Assembly: GCA_913043225.1 (NCBI GenBank)
Contig: CAJWLU010000002.1
Location: 32,001 to 96,000, forward strand
Source: an uncultured Acidobacteriota bacterium
GTDB lineage: Bacteria > Acidobacteriota > Vicinamibacteria > Vicinamibacterales > UBA8438
Direction of reading: 5' to 3'
DNA: 64,000 nt
Shown: positions 1-10,116 of the stretch, piece by piece
Position numbering within the stretch: position 1 is the first letter of the stretch
Layout of the letters: the number at the start of each line of letters is the position of its first letter
Made by a program: the position numbers and the translations under genes
Notes under the pieces: model-generated
What the model was told of the DNA's origin: nothing
The model's database searches: none
The model's input: only the letters and a program-made list of their open reading frames with translations

Positions 1-1
1 C

Positions 2-376
2 GAGCAGGGGCAGCTGTCCTCGCTGCTGGCTGGGCTGCGCGCCGTCGATCACCCCGGGGTGCAGGCGATGCTGGTCACCCTCGTCGACCTCCCGCTGATC
101 GCCTCCGACACCGCGCGCGCAGTGCTCGATGCCTACCGTGACAGCTGTGCCCCTCTCGTTCGCCCTGCTCGTTCCGGGCGCCATGGGCACCCGGTACTCT
201 TCGACCGGAGCCTTTTCGATGAGCTGCGTCGCGCCGATCCCGAACGCGGAGCGAAACCGGTGGTTCGAGCGCATGCGGCCGAGGGTGTCGAGGTGGAGGT
301 GAACGATAACGGGGCGTTCGACGACATTGATACACCTGCCGACTATGAGCGGGTGTTCGGGCAGCTTCCGGTTTAG
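2..376 (+). CDS. NTP-transferase family protein (MocA/molybdenum cofactor cytidylyltransferase-like), 5'-truncated by the window edge
   Basis: Frame is open from base 2: EQGQLSSLLAGL...LVDLP...GRHGHPVLF...DIDTPADY, motifs typical of the MobA/MocA NTP_transf_3 family. Confidence 0.85.
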   Translation, partial: EQGQLSSLLAGLRAVDHPGVQAMLVTLVDLPLIASDTARAVLDAYRDSCAPLVRPARSGRHGHPVLFDRSLFDELRRADPERGAKPVVRAHAAEGVEVEVNDNGAFDDIDTPADYERVFGQLPV

Positions 377-433
377 CGTGCTGTGGTCAGCGTGCGCCGC
401 ACGTTCGAGCTTGGGACGTCGGGGAAAAAAGGA

Positions 434-509
434 TGGTGGACCAGACGGGGGTCGAACCCGTGACCTCGTGAATGCCATTCACGCGCGCTCCCAACTGCGC
501 CACTGGCCC
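434..509 (-). tRNA. tRNA-Ala (anticodon GGC)
   Basis: 76-nt cloverleaf GGGCCAG...CTGGTCC-A-CCA; G3:U70 alanine identity pair; anticodon stem CGTGA/TCACG with loop ATGGCAT; T-arm GGTTCGA; encoded CCA. Confidence 0.97.
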
Positions 510-524
510 ACACAAGGGGTCATT

Positions 525-1586
525 CTAGTATTCGCCGAACATACGCTGCAACTCGGCCTCATCGGTGGTCTCGGTCAGGCCGAGCATCAAGAGAATCCTC
601 GCCTTTATCGGTGCTAGGTCCTCTCCCGCGATCGCCTGGCGTTGTTGCCGGTCAGGGTCGTTGTTGCCGTTGGCGGGTGGGCGCGGGGCAACCCGTCCGC
701 GGCCGGTTCGGGATGCGATCACCACGCGGACGCCACGCTCATTCGCATACACGATGGCATCGCGCTGTCCGCTGCTGGTTGCTCCCGCGCCGGCACCGGC
801 TACCACGATACCTTCCGCGCCCTGATCCACCGCGGCGCGGATGAGATCTCCGGTTGCGCCCTGATAGGTCATGACCACGTCCACTCGTGGGAGACGAGCC
901 ACGCCGTCCAGGTTGAACTCGCTTGTGCCTGTATGCCGTCGTTCGAGGCTTCGGTAGTAAACGATGCGGTCCCGCGCCACTGTCCCCAGCATCCCGTAGC
1001 CGCGCGCCTCGAAGGTCTGGAGGTTGAGCGCGTCGGTCTTGGTCACTTCCCGCGCCGAGTTGATCTCGTCGTTGAGGACCACCAGCACGCCGCGTCCGCG
1101 TGATGCCTCGTACGAGGCCACTCGGAACGCCTGACGAAGGTTCGCGGCACCGTCATAGCCCTGGGTCTCTGGGCGACGCATCGAACCTACCACCACGACT
1201 GGGCGTTCGTCGCGTACGGTCAGGTGTAGAAAGAACGCCAGTTCCTCGAGGGTGTCGGTGCCGCTCGTCACGACGACACCGGCCAACTCAGGGTCGGCGC
1301 TGAGCAGCTGATTGATCCGTCGCGTCAGGCGCAGCCACTGGTCGAGCGTCAGTGCGCTGCTGGGGACGTTGGCGAATTCCTCGGTTTCGACCGCGACCAG
1401 ATCGCGGAGGTCAGGCACCAGTTCGATCAGTTCATCTGGCGTGAGGCGTTCGCCGGGACGGTTGGAGATAGTGCCGCCGGTTGTGATGAGGCGCACGCGC
1501 GGCGTCTCGGCGGCGAGGTCGGGGACCGTGGCCCCGATCGTAGCCGCCACCAGCAGTCCGCCGATTGGCAGCGTGCGGCGCCACAT
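525..1586 (-). CDS. L-asparaginase/glutaminase family, secreted (type II-like)
   Basis: Signal-peptide-like N-terminus; TTGGTIS and SGTDTLEE catalytic Thr motifs; VGSMR and DGAANL. Confidence 0.92.
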   Translation of the reverse strand: MWRRTLPIGGLLVAATIGATVPDLAAETPRVRLITTGGTISNRPGERLTPDELIELVPDLRDLVAVETEEFANVPSSALTLDQWLRLTRRINQLLSADPELAGVVVTSGTDTLEELAFFLHLTVRDERPVVVVGSMRRPETQGYDGAANLRQAFRVASYEASRGRGVLVVLNDEINSAREVTKTDALNLQTFEARGYGMLGTVARDRIVYYRSLERRHTGTSEFNLDGVARLPRVDVVMTYQGATGDLIRAAVDQGAEGIVVAGAGAGATSSGQRDAIVYANERGVRVVIASRTGRGRVAPRPPANGNNDPDRQQRQAIAGEDLAPIKARILLMLGLTETTDEAELQRMFGEY

Positions 1587-1650
1587 GTCGTAGGTCCTGG
1601 CGCAGGCCGGCCCACTGGCCAGAGCTTGCCTCCGTACTATACCGGAACTG

Positions 1651-1866
1651 TCAGGCTTCTTTCGGGCCCGCGGTCAGGGCGAGAGTCAGCCAGGTTGTGA
1701 GCTGCTCGACCGCTTCGTCCGCAGTCGGCCCGTAGAAGGGCATCAGCGCGGTAGATCCGCCCGGCACGCTGACAAGGTAGGCACGCCACCGGTCCGGATC
1801 GACGAGCATCGCCTCAATCCGGTATGTCTTCCCGTTGATCGTTTGGTCGAATTGTTGAACGGTCAC
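1651..1866 (-). CDS. small hypothetical protein (~71 aa)
   Basis: Globular-looking ORF from GTG 1866 (TVQQFDQTINGKTYRIEA...MPFYGPTADEA); TAGAAT -10-like hexamer upstream; no family recognised. Confidence 0.6.
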   Translation of the reverse strand: MTVQQFDQTINGKTYRIEAMLVDPDRWRAYLVSVPGGSTALMPFYGPTADEAVEQLTTWLTLALTAGPKEA

Positions 1867-1999
1867 GAGATCGCTTCGAAACGTCGATAAGGGGAACGGA
1901 GGGATTCTAGGCCAGTGCCAAGGGCGGTCGAAAGCGAAGGGAATCGCGAAGACCGGTGCACAACGATGTAAGGCCAAGCGTTGCAATCGATTCGAGACG

Positions 2000-2063
2000 T
2001 AAAAAAAGTTTAATTCCCCTACTTTTCACATCGGATTCACACGCTTTCCACAGTTTTTCCACA
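2000..2063 (+). promoter_or_regulatory. array of four DnaA-box-like 9-mers (11-bp period) next to an AT-rich tract
   Basis: CTTTTCACA 2022, GGATTCACA 2033, CTTTCCACA 2044, TTTTCCACA 2055 (the last matches TTWTNCACA exactly); TAAAAAAAGTTTAATT at 2000-2015. Confidence 0.6.
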
Positions 2064-2117
2064 GACGCGCGGCGATCTCTTCAGCCAAGGCCGGCCTCTT
2101 CCGCTTTCGGGAGGGTT

Positions 2118-3473
2118 GTGTGTCTGTTCGCGATCATCTCGATTCTCGCTGCTGGGGTGGCGGTAGCCAGTGCCGATAGCCCCGGAAACACGCGCGTGTT
2201 TCCTGTGACGCTGGCCGATGGTGGGCTTATCCTCAGCCTGGGAGACCCGGCTCGGGTCGGCGACATGCTTGTCCTGTCAGTGCCCCTGGTGTTTGACGAG
2301 ACCGGCGGATGGAGCCAACTGGTGACCATCCCGCTGGCCGCGGTTGATTGGACGCTCACGGCGCGTCATGCCGAAGCGGTGCGCGCGGAACGATACGCCG
2401 AGATCTCCGGGGCGGGCGACTACGCTTGACTGATCGCGGAGGTTGCGCGCGCTCTTCAGGTGCTGGTGGCGACCGAGAACCATGCCGCGCGGTCTTCCAT
2501 CGCGATCAAAACCAGGCGCCAGGTTTTCGACTGGAGCTTGGCACACTATGGGTATCGCTACGACGAGCTGCAAGAGATTGTGGCCATGTTCGACGCCCGA
2601 CTGGCGCATCTGGCTCCTGATCAGGTGGGGCCGGTCAGGGTCACGTTGCTGCCGTCGCCTCCACCGTCCTCGCCCAGCATCGATTTGGATAGTCCGATCG
2701 CCATTGCCACGCAGGCGATGACCGCGGCGCGACTTACCTCGGTGCCGGCCGAACGGACTGGGTTGTTGCAAGGCGTGCTCGGTCTAATCGCGACCGAAGC
2801 CGACCGGCTGCCTGGTGACTGGCGCCGCGATATGACACGACAGGTCACCGCGTGGCTACAGCTCGAGGACCAGCTGGACCGCGCCTACGGCGAGATGGTC
2901 GTCATGCTCCTGGCGCGTGCCCATCTGGCGACACGCGAGGCTGACGTGGCCGAGGTGGTTGCTGTCGCAATTGATCTCGCGACGGGCGACGATGAGCTCG
3001 GGACCCGCCGACCCGGTATGGTGTCGGCTGCCGCGGTCACCATCGAGCAGATGCGGGAGGAGGCGATGGCTCTCGACCACGCACGTCGCGCCTGGGCTAC
3101 CCGCAGCTCGCGCCACGAGGCGGTCGGCGAGTGGTTCGGGCGGACCCTGCTCAAGGCCAACGAGTATCGTTCTCTGGTAGAGGGGATTGGGTCTCAGACG
3201 GTGAGCGCGTTCGATGCGGCGGTCTTGGAGCGGCGTTTTCGGACGCTGCTCGACACACTCGAAACTCCGCGGTCGCCGGCCGGGTTCGAGGGAGTACACT
3301 CTCTGCTGCGCCGAGCGTTGCAGCTCGCCGCCGGCGCGGCCCGGCTTCGTCGTCAGAGTGAGGATCCTGCGAGGGCACGCGATGCCGCGTCGGCCGCCTC
3401 CGGCGCGCTCATGCTGCTCGACGAGACCGAGGCGAAACTGGGTCGGTTGCTGAGCTATCCCGAGTTGCCTTGA
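2118..3473 (+). pseudogene. exported helical hypothetical protein interrupted by one in-frame TGA (2427-2429)
   Basis: ORFs ending 2429 and starting 2460 share a frame: ...GDYA*LIAEVARALQVLVA...; signal-peptide-like start; final stop overlaps the addB start. Confidence 0.65.
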
Positions 3474-6382
3474 TCACCCCTCGCCAGACCACGCTCTTTC
3501 CCACTCCAGATCTCGCTACCTTTCACCACACGCTCGCTGGCTGCCTCGCGTCGGCATCCCCCTGGGAGCTGCGCGACACCGTTGTCCTGGTGCCTTCCCG
3601 CGCGGCCGCCGTCCAACTGCAGTGGACCTTGGAATCGATTCAGCTCGATCGTCAGAGCGCGGTGTGTCAGCCGCGTCTGTTGACGCGCGACGAGTTTTAT
3701 GGCGAACTGCACCGCCGCCTCGACCCGCGGCCCAGTTTGTTGAGCCCGATCGAGCGCCTTGTCTGGATACGGGCCGCGGCCGAGGCCGCAGTCGCGGTCG
3801 GAGCGAACCCGCCGTTCAAGCTGAGGCCCGGTCTCGTCAGCGAGTTCATCGCGTTCTATGACGAACTCCGGCGTCACGATCGGACGGTCGAAGCGTTCGA
3901 GCGCCTGATGGTCGGCGAGCTCGACGCCAGCGCCGAGCACGACCGTGGCGCCAGGCGCATGCTTCGGCAAACACGGTTCCTGGCGCTCATGTATCGCTAC
4001 TACGAGACGCGCCTGACCGACAGCGGCTCGGTGGACGAGCATCGATTGCGGGAGCGGGCCCTCGACGCCGGGCTGTATCTCCCGATCCGTCACGTGGTTG
4101 TGACTACGGGCGACCAAGCCACCGGCACCGAGGGGTTGTGGCCGGCCGACATCACCCTGCTCGCCCGGTTGAGCGGCCTCGAGAAGGTCGACGTGGTGTC
4201 CACCGTCGCTGTTCTCGACGCGGGATGGCGCGCTCGGATCGAGACGCTGTGGCCGGGGATCGAAGTGTGTTTCTGCGAATCGGTTTCCCGAGAGACCACG
4301 CGTCTCGTGGTGCCGATCGACGGTGACGGCCGCCGGCACTTCGTCTGGCGTGACCGGGAGGAGGAGCTGCTCGCCGTGGCCAGGGACGTGAAGGCGCGCG
4401 ACCCGGCCGAGCGGACGGCGGTGGTGTTTCAGCGGCCGTTGCCGTACCTCTACCTAGCCCGTCAGGTGTTCACCTCAGCGGACTTGCCGTTCGACGCTCA
4501 CGACACGTTGCCGCTCGCGGCAGAGCCCTTCGCGGCGGCGCTCGACCTGGTGCTCGCCTTTGCCGCCTCCGGCCACGCGCGCGTGCCGACCCTCGAACTC
4601 CTCCGGTCGCCGCACTTTGATTTCCGGTCCGACGACAAGCCGCTGGCCGCGCGGGAAATCAGCCGGTTCGACCAGGCGCTGGTTGACGCCCGCTACGCTG
4701 GGGACGCCGCAACGCTCGCGTCGCTGGCCGAGCGGTGGCGCAGCGGCGGTGGGAGGGGGAGGACCGCGGTCGCGATTGCCACTGTGGTGGGACGCCTGGC
4801 CGACGAGCTGGCGCCTTTGACCGAAACCGCCTCCGCGAGCACGCTGCTCGATTGCCTACTCACGTTTCTGGAGCGCTATCGCCCGGATCCGGAGCCCGAC
4901 GACGACCCCGAATCGCGATCCGCCCGAGCCCGGGCCGCTGTCGTCGGACTGGTCAGGGAGCTGAGGGACGCGCACCGGCAGCATGATGATCCGGAGGCCG
5001 ATCTGTTCTGGGTTACCTCGACGCTTCGACGCCTGATCGAGGGCGCGACCTTTGCTGCCCAGAGTGGAGGGGCTGGCGTGTCGCTGCTCGATGCGAGCGC
5101 GGCTCGTTACGGTCGGTTCGACACCGTCATACTCGCCGGGCTGGTGGATGGAGAGTGGCCCGAGCGGAGCCGCCAGAGTGCGCTCTATCCGGCGTCGCTG
5201 ACTGGCCAATTCGGCTGGGCGCGCGAGATCGACCGCCTGCGGGCGGGGCGTGCCGCGTTCGACGACCTTTTGTCGCTGGCGCGGTCACGCGTACTCGTCT
5301 CGACCGTAGCCTTCGAGGACGATGCGGTGGCTACAGCCTCGGTGCTCCTCGAAGACCTCCAGGAATCCGGGCTCGACCTGCAAGCCGAACCGACGCCCTC
5401 CGGTCGCGTTACCCTGGAAGCGGGGTTGGCCGAGACGCCCGAGCGGGTGCCGCTCGCCGGCGAGATGGCTCGTTGGTTCGACCTCCGTCTCGCGCGTGGC
5501 ATCGAGGTGGGTCCGGCTCGGCGAGGAGCCATGGGGCCGCAGGCGGCCCTGCAGTACAGCGTCAGCGGGGTCGAGCGGTACCTGAGTTGCCCGTTCAAGT
5601 ACTTCGCTTCCTCGGTGCTCCGGCTCGGCGAAGAGCCGCATGACGAACTCATCATGACGCCGCGCACCCGTGGTCGGTTCGTCCATGAGGTACTGCGGGC
5701 GTTTTTCGAGGCCTGGGCGGCTGCCGGCCAGTGCGCCATCGACGGAGATTCGCTCGAGGCGGCGCGGGAACTGGTGCGGGAGGTTGCCGAACGCCATCTT
5801 GCCGAGTTGCCCCCGCGAGACCGTGCGGTCGAACGGGCGTGGTTGCTCGGGTCGCCTGCCGCGGCCGGAGTCGTCGACCGTCTGCTCCTCTTCGAGGTCG
5901 AGCGGCCGGGCCTGGTGCGAGAGCGATTGCTCGAGCATCCGTTCGATGACCGCTTTACGTTCAGCGGACCAAAGGGGGACCAGGTGGTCCAGCTGCGGGG
6001 CATCGCCGACCGCATCGACCTCCTGGACGGCGGGCAGCTCCGGATTGTCGATTACAAGACTGGCCGGGCGCCCAACCGGAAGGTGTCGGTGCAGCTTCCC
6101 GTCTATGGACGCTGTGCCGAGCAACAGCTCCACGAGCGAGACGGCCAGGACTGGGTGGTGGTTGATGCCGGCTACGTCGCCTTTGGCGAGCCGCATGGCT
6201 GGGTGCCGCTCGACCGACGGGCGACCGTGGATCAGGCCATGGCCGACGGTCAGGAGCGCTTTCTTACCGCAGTCGCTGGCATTGAGTCTGGAGCGTTTCC
6301 GGCTCGTCCCGTCGAGCCGTTCCGCTGTCAGTACTGCGAGTATCCGACCGTGTGTCGAAAGGACTATGTCGGTGACGAGTGA
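3470..6382 (+). CDS. addB: AddB-like PD-(D/E)xK nuclease subunit with Fe-S 'staple' cysteines
   Basis: Inactive helicase-like N-terminus; YLSCPFKYF, GRFVHEVL, LRGIADRID, IVDYKTG, QLPVY, CQYCEYPTVC. Confidence 0.88.
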   Translation: MITPRQTTLFPTPDLATFHHTLAGCLASASPWELRDTVVLVPSRAAAVQLQWTLESIQLDRQSAVCQPRLLTRDEFYGELHRRLDPRPSLLSPIERLVWIRAAAEAAVAVGANPPFKLRPGLVSEFIAFYDELRRHDRTVEAFERLMVGELDASAEHDRGARRMLRQTRFLALMYRYYETRLTDSGSVDEHRLRERALDAGLYLPIRHVVVTTGDQATGTEGLWPADITLLARLSGLEKVDVVSTVAVLDAGWRARIETLWPGIEVCFCESVSRETTRLVVPIDGDGRRHFVWRDREEELLAVARDVKARDPAERTAVVFQRPLPYLYLARQVFTSADLPFDAHDTLPLAAEPFAAALDLVLAFAASGHARVPTLELLRSPHFDFRSDDKPLAAREISRFDQALVDARYAGDAATLASLAERWRSGGGRGRTAVAIATVVGRLADELAPLTETASASTLLDCLLTFLERYRPDPEPDDDPESRSARARAAVVGLVRELRDAHRQHDDPEADLFWVTSTLRRLIEGATFAAQSGGAGVSLLDASAARYGRFDTVILAGLVDGEWPERSRQSALYPASLTGQFGWAREIDRLRAGRAAFDDLLSLARSRVLVSTVAFEDDAVATASVLLEDLQESGLDLQAEPTPSGRVTLEAGLAETPERVPLAGEMARWFDLRLARGIEVGPARRGAMGPQAALQYSVSGVERYLSCPFKYFASSVLRLGEEPHDELIMTPRTRGRFVHEVLRAFFEAWAAAGQCAIDGDSLEAARELVREVAERHLAELPPRDRAVERAWLLGSPAAAGVVDRLLLFEVERPGLVRERLLEHPFDDRFTFSGPKGDQVVQLRGIADRIDLLDGGQLRIVDYKTGRAPNRKVSVQLPVYGRCAEQQLHERDGQDWVVVDAGYVAFGEPHGWVPLDRRATVDQAMADGQERFLTAVAGIESGAFPARPVEPFRCQYCEYPTVCRKDYVGDE

Positions 6383-9300
6383 CGGCCAGTTCCCGCCGTT
6401 CGGTGAGACGTCGGTGCCAGGTCCTCCGTCGGAGTGGCCGCCGCTGCCAGACGCTGAAGCGCGAATTTTTGCCACGAACCCGGCCAACAACGTGGTGCTC
6501 GAGGCCTCGGCCGGTACCGGTAAAACCACGGTGCTGGTAACCCGCTACGTCAACCTACTTCGGGCGGGGGTGGATCCATCGAACATCCTGGCTATGACGT
6601 TTACCCGGCAGGCGGCCGCCGAGATGCGCGAGCGGATCATTCGCGAACTCCGGGTGTCGGCCGAACGGTCGGAGACCGACCGCGCCCGCTGGCGGGAGCT
6701 GCGGGATCGGTTGAGCGAGATCTCAATCAGCACGATCGACGCGTTCTGTCTGTCACTGCTGCGCGAGTTCCCACTAGAAGCGGATCTCGATCCGGCCTTC
6801 GGGATGGCCGATGCAACCGAGGTGCCTAGGCTGGTCGAGCAAGCCCTCGATAGGACGCTGGCCCATGGTGCGGCGGTGGCTGCCGAGGACGCTAATGTGG
6901 CGATGTTGCTGGCCAGGCTCGGTGCGGTGCGCGTGCGGGCCGGGCTCGCGCATTTGCTCGGCCGACGGCTTGTGGCGCCGGAGGCGTTGCAGCGCTACCT
7001 GGCGACAGGCCCGGCCGAACTCACCGCCGCGAGCGCATTGGCCAGCGCTGGGCGGCGACTTTCGGACGTGCTTCGTGGCGTCGACGGCGGTCTGCCGAGG
7101 TTCCTGGCTGATGGTCCAGAAGAGCACCCGAGGTTCCAGACCCTGGCGCGCGAGCTTCCCCGTCTGACGGAGCTGGCCGAGTCGTCGCATGAGTTGCTCC
7201 GCTCGCTGCTGGACCGAGTGCGCGAGTATTTCTTGACCCAGGACGGACGACCTCGTCAACGGTTCACGCTGGGCGAGCGCTACTGCCGGTCGGCCGCCGG
7301 TTGGCTCCGGCATCGTCAGGCGGCCAAGGCGCTCGCCCCGGCTGTGGCCTCGGCGCTCGCCGCCCTCGACCGAGATCTGAACGTGGTGATGGCGCGCGGC
7401 GCCAGGCGCCTGTTCGCCATCGCCGTCTCCGAGTACGAGCGCGAGCTCGCCAGTCGCTCGCTGCTCGATTTTTCGGACGTGCTTCGGAAGGCGCTCGATC
7501 TGCTGCGGCGCATGGACGAGTTCTCGCAAAGCCGGTTCCGGCTCGAGTCGCGCTATCACCATGTACTGGTCGACGAGTTTCAGGACACCAGTCGGGCGCA
7601 GTGGGAGCTGGTCTCGCTGCTGATCCAGTCCTGGGGTGAGGGTTTCGGGCTGGTGCACGATGCTCCGGTCCAGCCTTCGGTGTTTGTCGTCGGTGATCGC
7701 AAGCAGTCCATCTACGGCTTCCGGGATGCCGACGTGGCCGTGCTGCGGGACGCCGGACTCACCATCGAGCAACTAAGACCTGATGGCGACGCGCGACGCT
7801 CGATCGCGCACAGTTTTCGCTCTAGCGCACCGCTACTGCATTTTTTGAACGACCTGTTTGCGTCGTTCGAGAAGGCTGATCGACCGAGTGACGGCTTCTG
7901 CTACGACGATGCTGATCGGTTCCCGGTCGAGGCCCCTGACTCTGCGCTGTCGGGGAGGGGTGAGTCCACCCTGGGCCTTGTGCTCGACACCAGCGTCGCG
8001 GGGTGCGCGGAGCGGGTGGCTGGTGAGGTCGTACGATTGCTCGAATCGGGCACTGTGCGAGATCGTGAGACCGGCGTGCGCCGGCGAGCAATGCCTGGCG
8101 ATATTGCCATCCTGTTTCGTTCCCGGGAAACCCATCGCGAGTTCCAGGCGGCACTCGAGCGGCGGGATGTTCCCGCCTTTGTCTACAAGGGACTTGGCTT
8201 CTTCGACGCCGATGAGATCAAGGACTATCGAGCGCTACTGCGCTATCTGGCCGATCCCACGTCCGAGCTGCGTACGGCAGCGCTCCTGCGGTCGCGTCTG
8301 GTTGGTCTGTCAGACGCCGGGATTGCCCGGCTGGCAGGTCAGCTGTCCCGTAGTCTCGTCGACCCCGAGCCGCCAGACGAGTTCGGCCAGCTCTCGGAGA
8401 ACGACCAGGGACTACTTCTGGTGCTCCGCGATGGCGTCCGCAAGTGGCTGCAGGCGGCCGATCGGGTACCTCCGGTCGAACTGCTGGATCAGGTCGCGGC
8501 CGCTTGCGCCTATTCGGTCGAGCTTCGCGGTCCACGGTATGTCCAGGCTCGCGAGAACCTCAAGAAGATGCGTGGCCTCGTCCGGCGGGTCCAGAACCGT
8601 GGGTTCACGACCCTGTCTCGTCTGGCTGACCACATTGATCGGCTCTCTGGCGATATCTCGAACGCCGTGGTGGATGCGTTCGACGCCGTCAACTTGATGA
8701 CCGTTCATGCGGCCAAGGGGCTCGAGTTCCCGGTCGTGTTCTTGGTCGATTTGACTAGAGGCACGGGTGGGATTCCGTCTCCGATCCGGGTGGTCGCCGA
8801 CCGCGGCGACGGAGAGCCGGCGGTGACCGTCTCACCCTATCGTTCCGAGGTGGATGTCGACGGGAGGTTACGTGATATAGAAGAGACCAAGCGGCTGTTC
8901 TACGTCGCCGCCACCCGGGCCCGGGACCGTCTCTATCTCTCGGCGACGCTCCACGACGGTCAGCTGCGTCCCGCAGTAGGCAGCTTCGCCGGGGTGTTGC
9001 CGCCGCCGTTTCTCGAGTGGTGCGCCGAGTTTGCCCCCGACGAGGAGGGTGCGTTCGGATGGTGCGGACCGAGCGGTCTCGAGCACCGTTTCTCCGTCGT
9101 GGGCCCGGCGCCAGATGCGAGCCGCCCTCGCGCCTCGGCCGTGAGTGAAGGGCAGGATCGATTTGGTGCCTGGCGTCCGGAGTTGCCTCTTCCACGGGTC
9201 TACGCGTCTGTCTTGGTGGCTGCAGGAGAGGAGGACGAGGGCGGAACGGGTTGGGTGGACCGGGTGACCGGGCGACTCGTGCACCGCCTCCTGCAGCGCG

Positions 9301-9710
9301 ATGCCGAAGCAGCGTCTCCGTCTGCGTTCCCGACGATGCCCGATGAGGTGGCGGACCTGATGAGCGCTCCCGAGCGGTCTCGGCTCGATTGGTGCGAGCT
9401 GGCGACGGCTGCGGCCGCGATCTACGACCGGGCGCGCCAGCGAGGCGCGTTCGATGCGCTGCTTAACGGCAGCTGCCTATTCGAGTTGCCGTTCTCACAC
9501 CGCCGTGAGCGGGACGGGGGTTCTGGCGAGCAGATCATCAGAGGCGTCATCGATTGCCTCTACCGAACCCCGGAGGGAGGAATCTCGGTGATCGAGGTCA
9601 AGACCGGGCGGCCTCGGCCCGAGCACGAGCGGCAGCTTGCCCGCTATGTAGACGCAGCCGAGGTTTTGTTTCCAGACGCGTCGGTCGATGGCCGGCTGCT
9701 CTATGTGTAG
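6366..9710 (+). CDS. addA: AddA-like UvrD-family helicase/nuclease
   Basis: EASAGTGKT (Walker A), TFTRQAAAEMRER, LVDEFQDT, VGDRKQSIYGFR, MTVHAAKGLEF, YVAATRARD, C-terminal GVID...IEVKTG nuclease; start ATG 6366 or GTG 6372, overlapping the end of addB. Confidence 0.93.
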   Translation: MSVTSDGQFPPFGETSVPGPPSEWPPLPDAEARIFATNPANNVVLEASAGTGKTTVLVTRYVNLLRAGVDPSNILAMTFTRQAAAEMRERIIRELRVSAERSETDRARWRELRDRLSEISISTIDAFCLSLLREFPLEADLDPAFGMADATEVPRLVEQALDRTLAHGAAVAAEDANVAMLLARLGAVRVRAGLAHLLGRRLVAPEALQRYLATGPAELTAASALASAGRRLSDVLRGVDGGLPRFLADGPEEHPRFQTLARELPRLTELAESSHELLRSLLDRVREYFLTQDGRPRQRFTLGERYCRSAAGWLRHRQAAKALAPAVASALAALDRDLNVVMARGARRLFAIAVSEYERELASRSLLDFSDVLRKALDLLRRMDEFSQSRFRLESRYHHVLVDEFQDTSRAQWELVSLLIQSWGEGFGLVHDAPVQPSVFVVGDRKQSIYGFRDADVAVLRDAGLTIEQLRPDGDARRSIAHSFRSSAPLLHFLNDLFASFEKADRPSDGFCYDDADRFPVEAPDSALSGRGESTLGLVLDTSVAGCAERVAGEVVRLLESGTVRDRETGVRRRAMPGDIAILFRSRETHREFQAALERRDVPAFVYKGLGFFDADEIKDYRALLRYLADPTSELRTAALLRSRLVGLSDAGIARLAGQLSRSLVDPEPPDEFGQLSENDQGLLLVLRDGVRKWLQAADRVPPVELLDQVAAACAYSVELRGPRYVQARENLKKMRGLVRRVQNRGFTTLSRLADHIDRLSGDISNAVVDAFDAVNLMTVHAAKGLEFPVVFLVDLTRGTGGIPSPIRVVADRGDGEPAVTVSPYRSEVDVDGRLRDIEETKRLFYVAATRARDRLYLSATLHDGQLRPAVGSFAGVLPPPFLEWCAEFAPDEEGAFGWCGPSGLEHRFSVVGPAPDASRPRASAVSEGQDRFGAWRPELPLPRVYASVLVAAGEEDEGGTGWVDRVTGRLVHRLLQRDAEAASPSAFPTMPDEVADLMSAPERSRLDWCELATAAAAIYDRARQRGAFDALLNGSCLFELPFSHRRERDGGSGEQIIRGVIDCLYRTPEGGISVIEVKTGRPRPEHERQLARYVDAAEVLFPDASVDGRLLYV

Positions 9711-9822
9711 CCGGGGATGTCGGCCAGTGTTACCAATCCAATCAGGCCTAGGACCGTCTATATCCATAGAAGATCTGGCTCTTGCCACTCGAAAGGGCAG
9801 GAAGCCAAGGGAGAGTGACAGG

Positions 9823-10116
9823 GTGAACGACACGACATCGACCTCGCCAACCACACCCTTCGAGTTTCGAGCACTCAAGGCGCTTCCTTGCGGGTGCGTG
9901 GCTGTTGACTAAGTCGCCCAGTCCTTGGCGCTGGATCTGGTAGGGGTCGAGGTTAAGGGACCGCACTCCACAGTGGGCCACCATACCAACGGCTCGCTGC
10001 TCGTGCTCGACGAGATCTCGAGCGCCACTGGAGCGGTTAACCAGTCTCTTTCTCTAGTGTCCCACCTGGGGGACAGTGCGTGTGGAGGAGGGGATACCCG
10101 CGCTAGCTGCGGATAA
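9823..10116 (+). pseudogene. small Cys/His protein interrupted by an in-frame TAA (9910-9912)
   Basis: One frame reads ...LPCGCVAVD*VAQSLALDLVGVEVKGPH...; purine-rich leader before GTG 9823. Confidence 0.5.

Noticed and set aside
380..530. tRNA-Ala as an integration site of a genomic island
   Set aside because: No integrase nearby, no repeat of the tRNA 3' end noticed, and the flanking genes are housekeeping
2427..2470. Selenocysteine or genome-wide TGA recoding to explain the in-frame TGAs (2427, 32086, 39841)
   Set aside because: Many intact genes here end in TGA; the 32086 position corresponds to Arg (GRPNV); none of the contexts is a redox Cys motif; the downstream hairpin at 2430 is weak
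5670..6365. N-terminal extension of the 1346-aa addA ORF
   Set aside because: It overlaps addB in another frame and is low-complexity; the helicase motifs start after 6366
3470..6382. Cas4-like nuclease implying a CRISPR or defence locus
   Set aside because: The Fe-S PD-(D/E)xK domain is the C-terminus of an AddB-sized protein paired with AddA; no repeat-spacer array or cas genes were seen
9776..9810. GAAA-loop hairpin as a c-di-GMP-I riboswitch
   Set aside because: It lacks the GGCAAA/GACGCAAA core and the second stem
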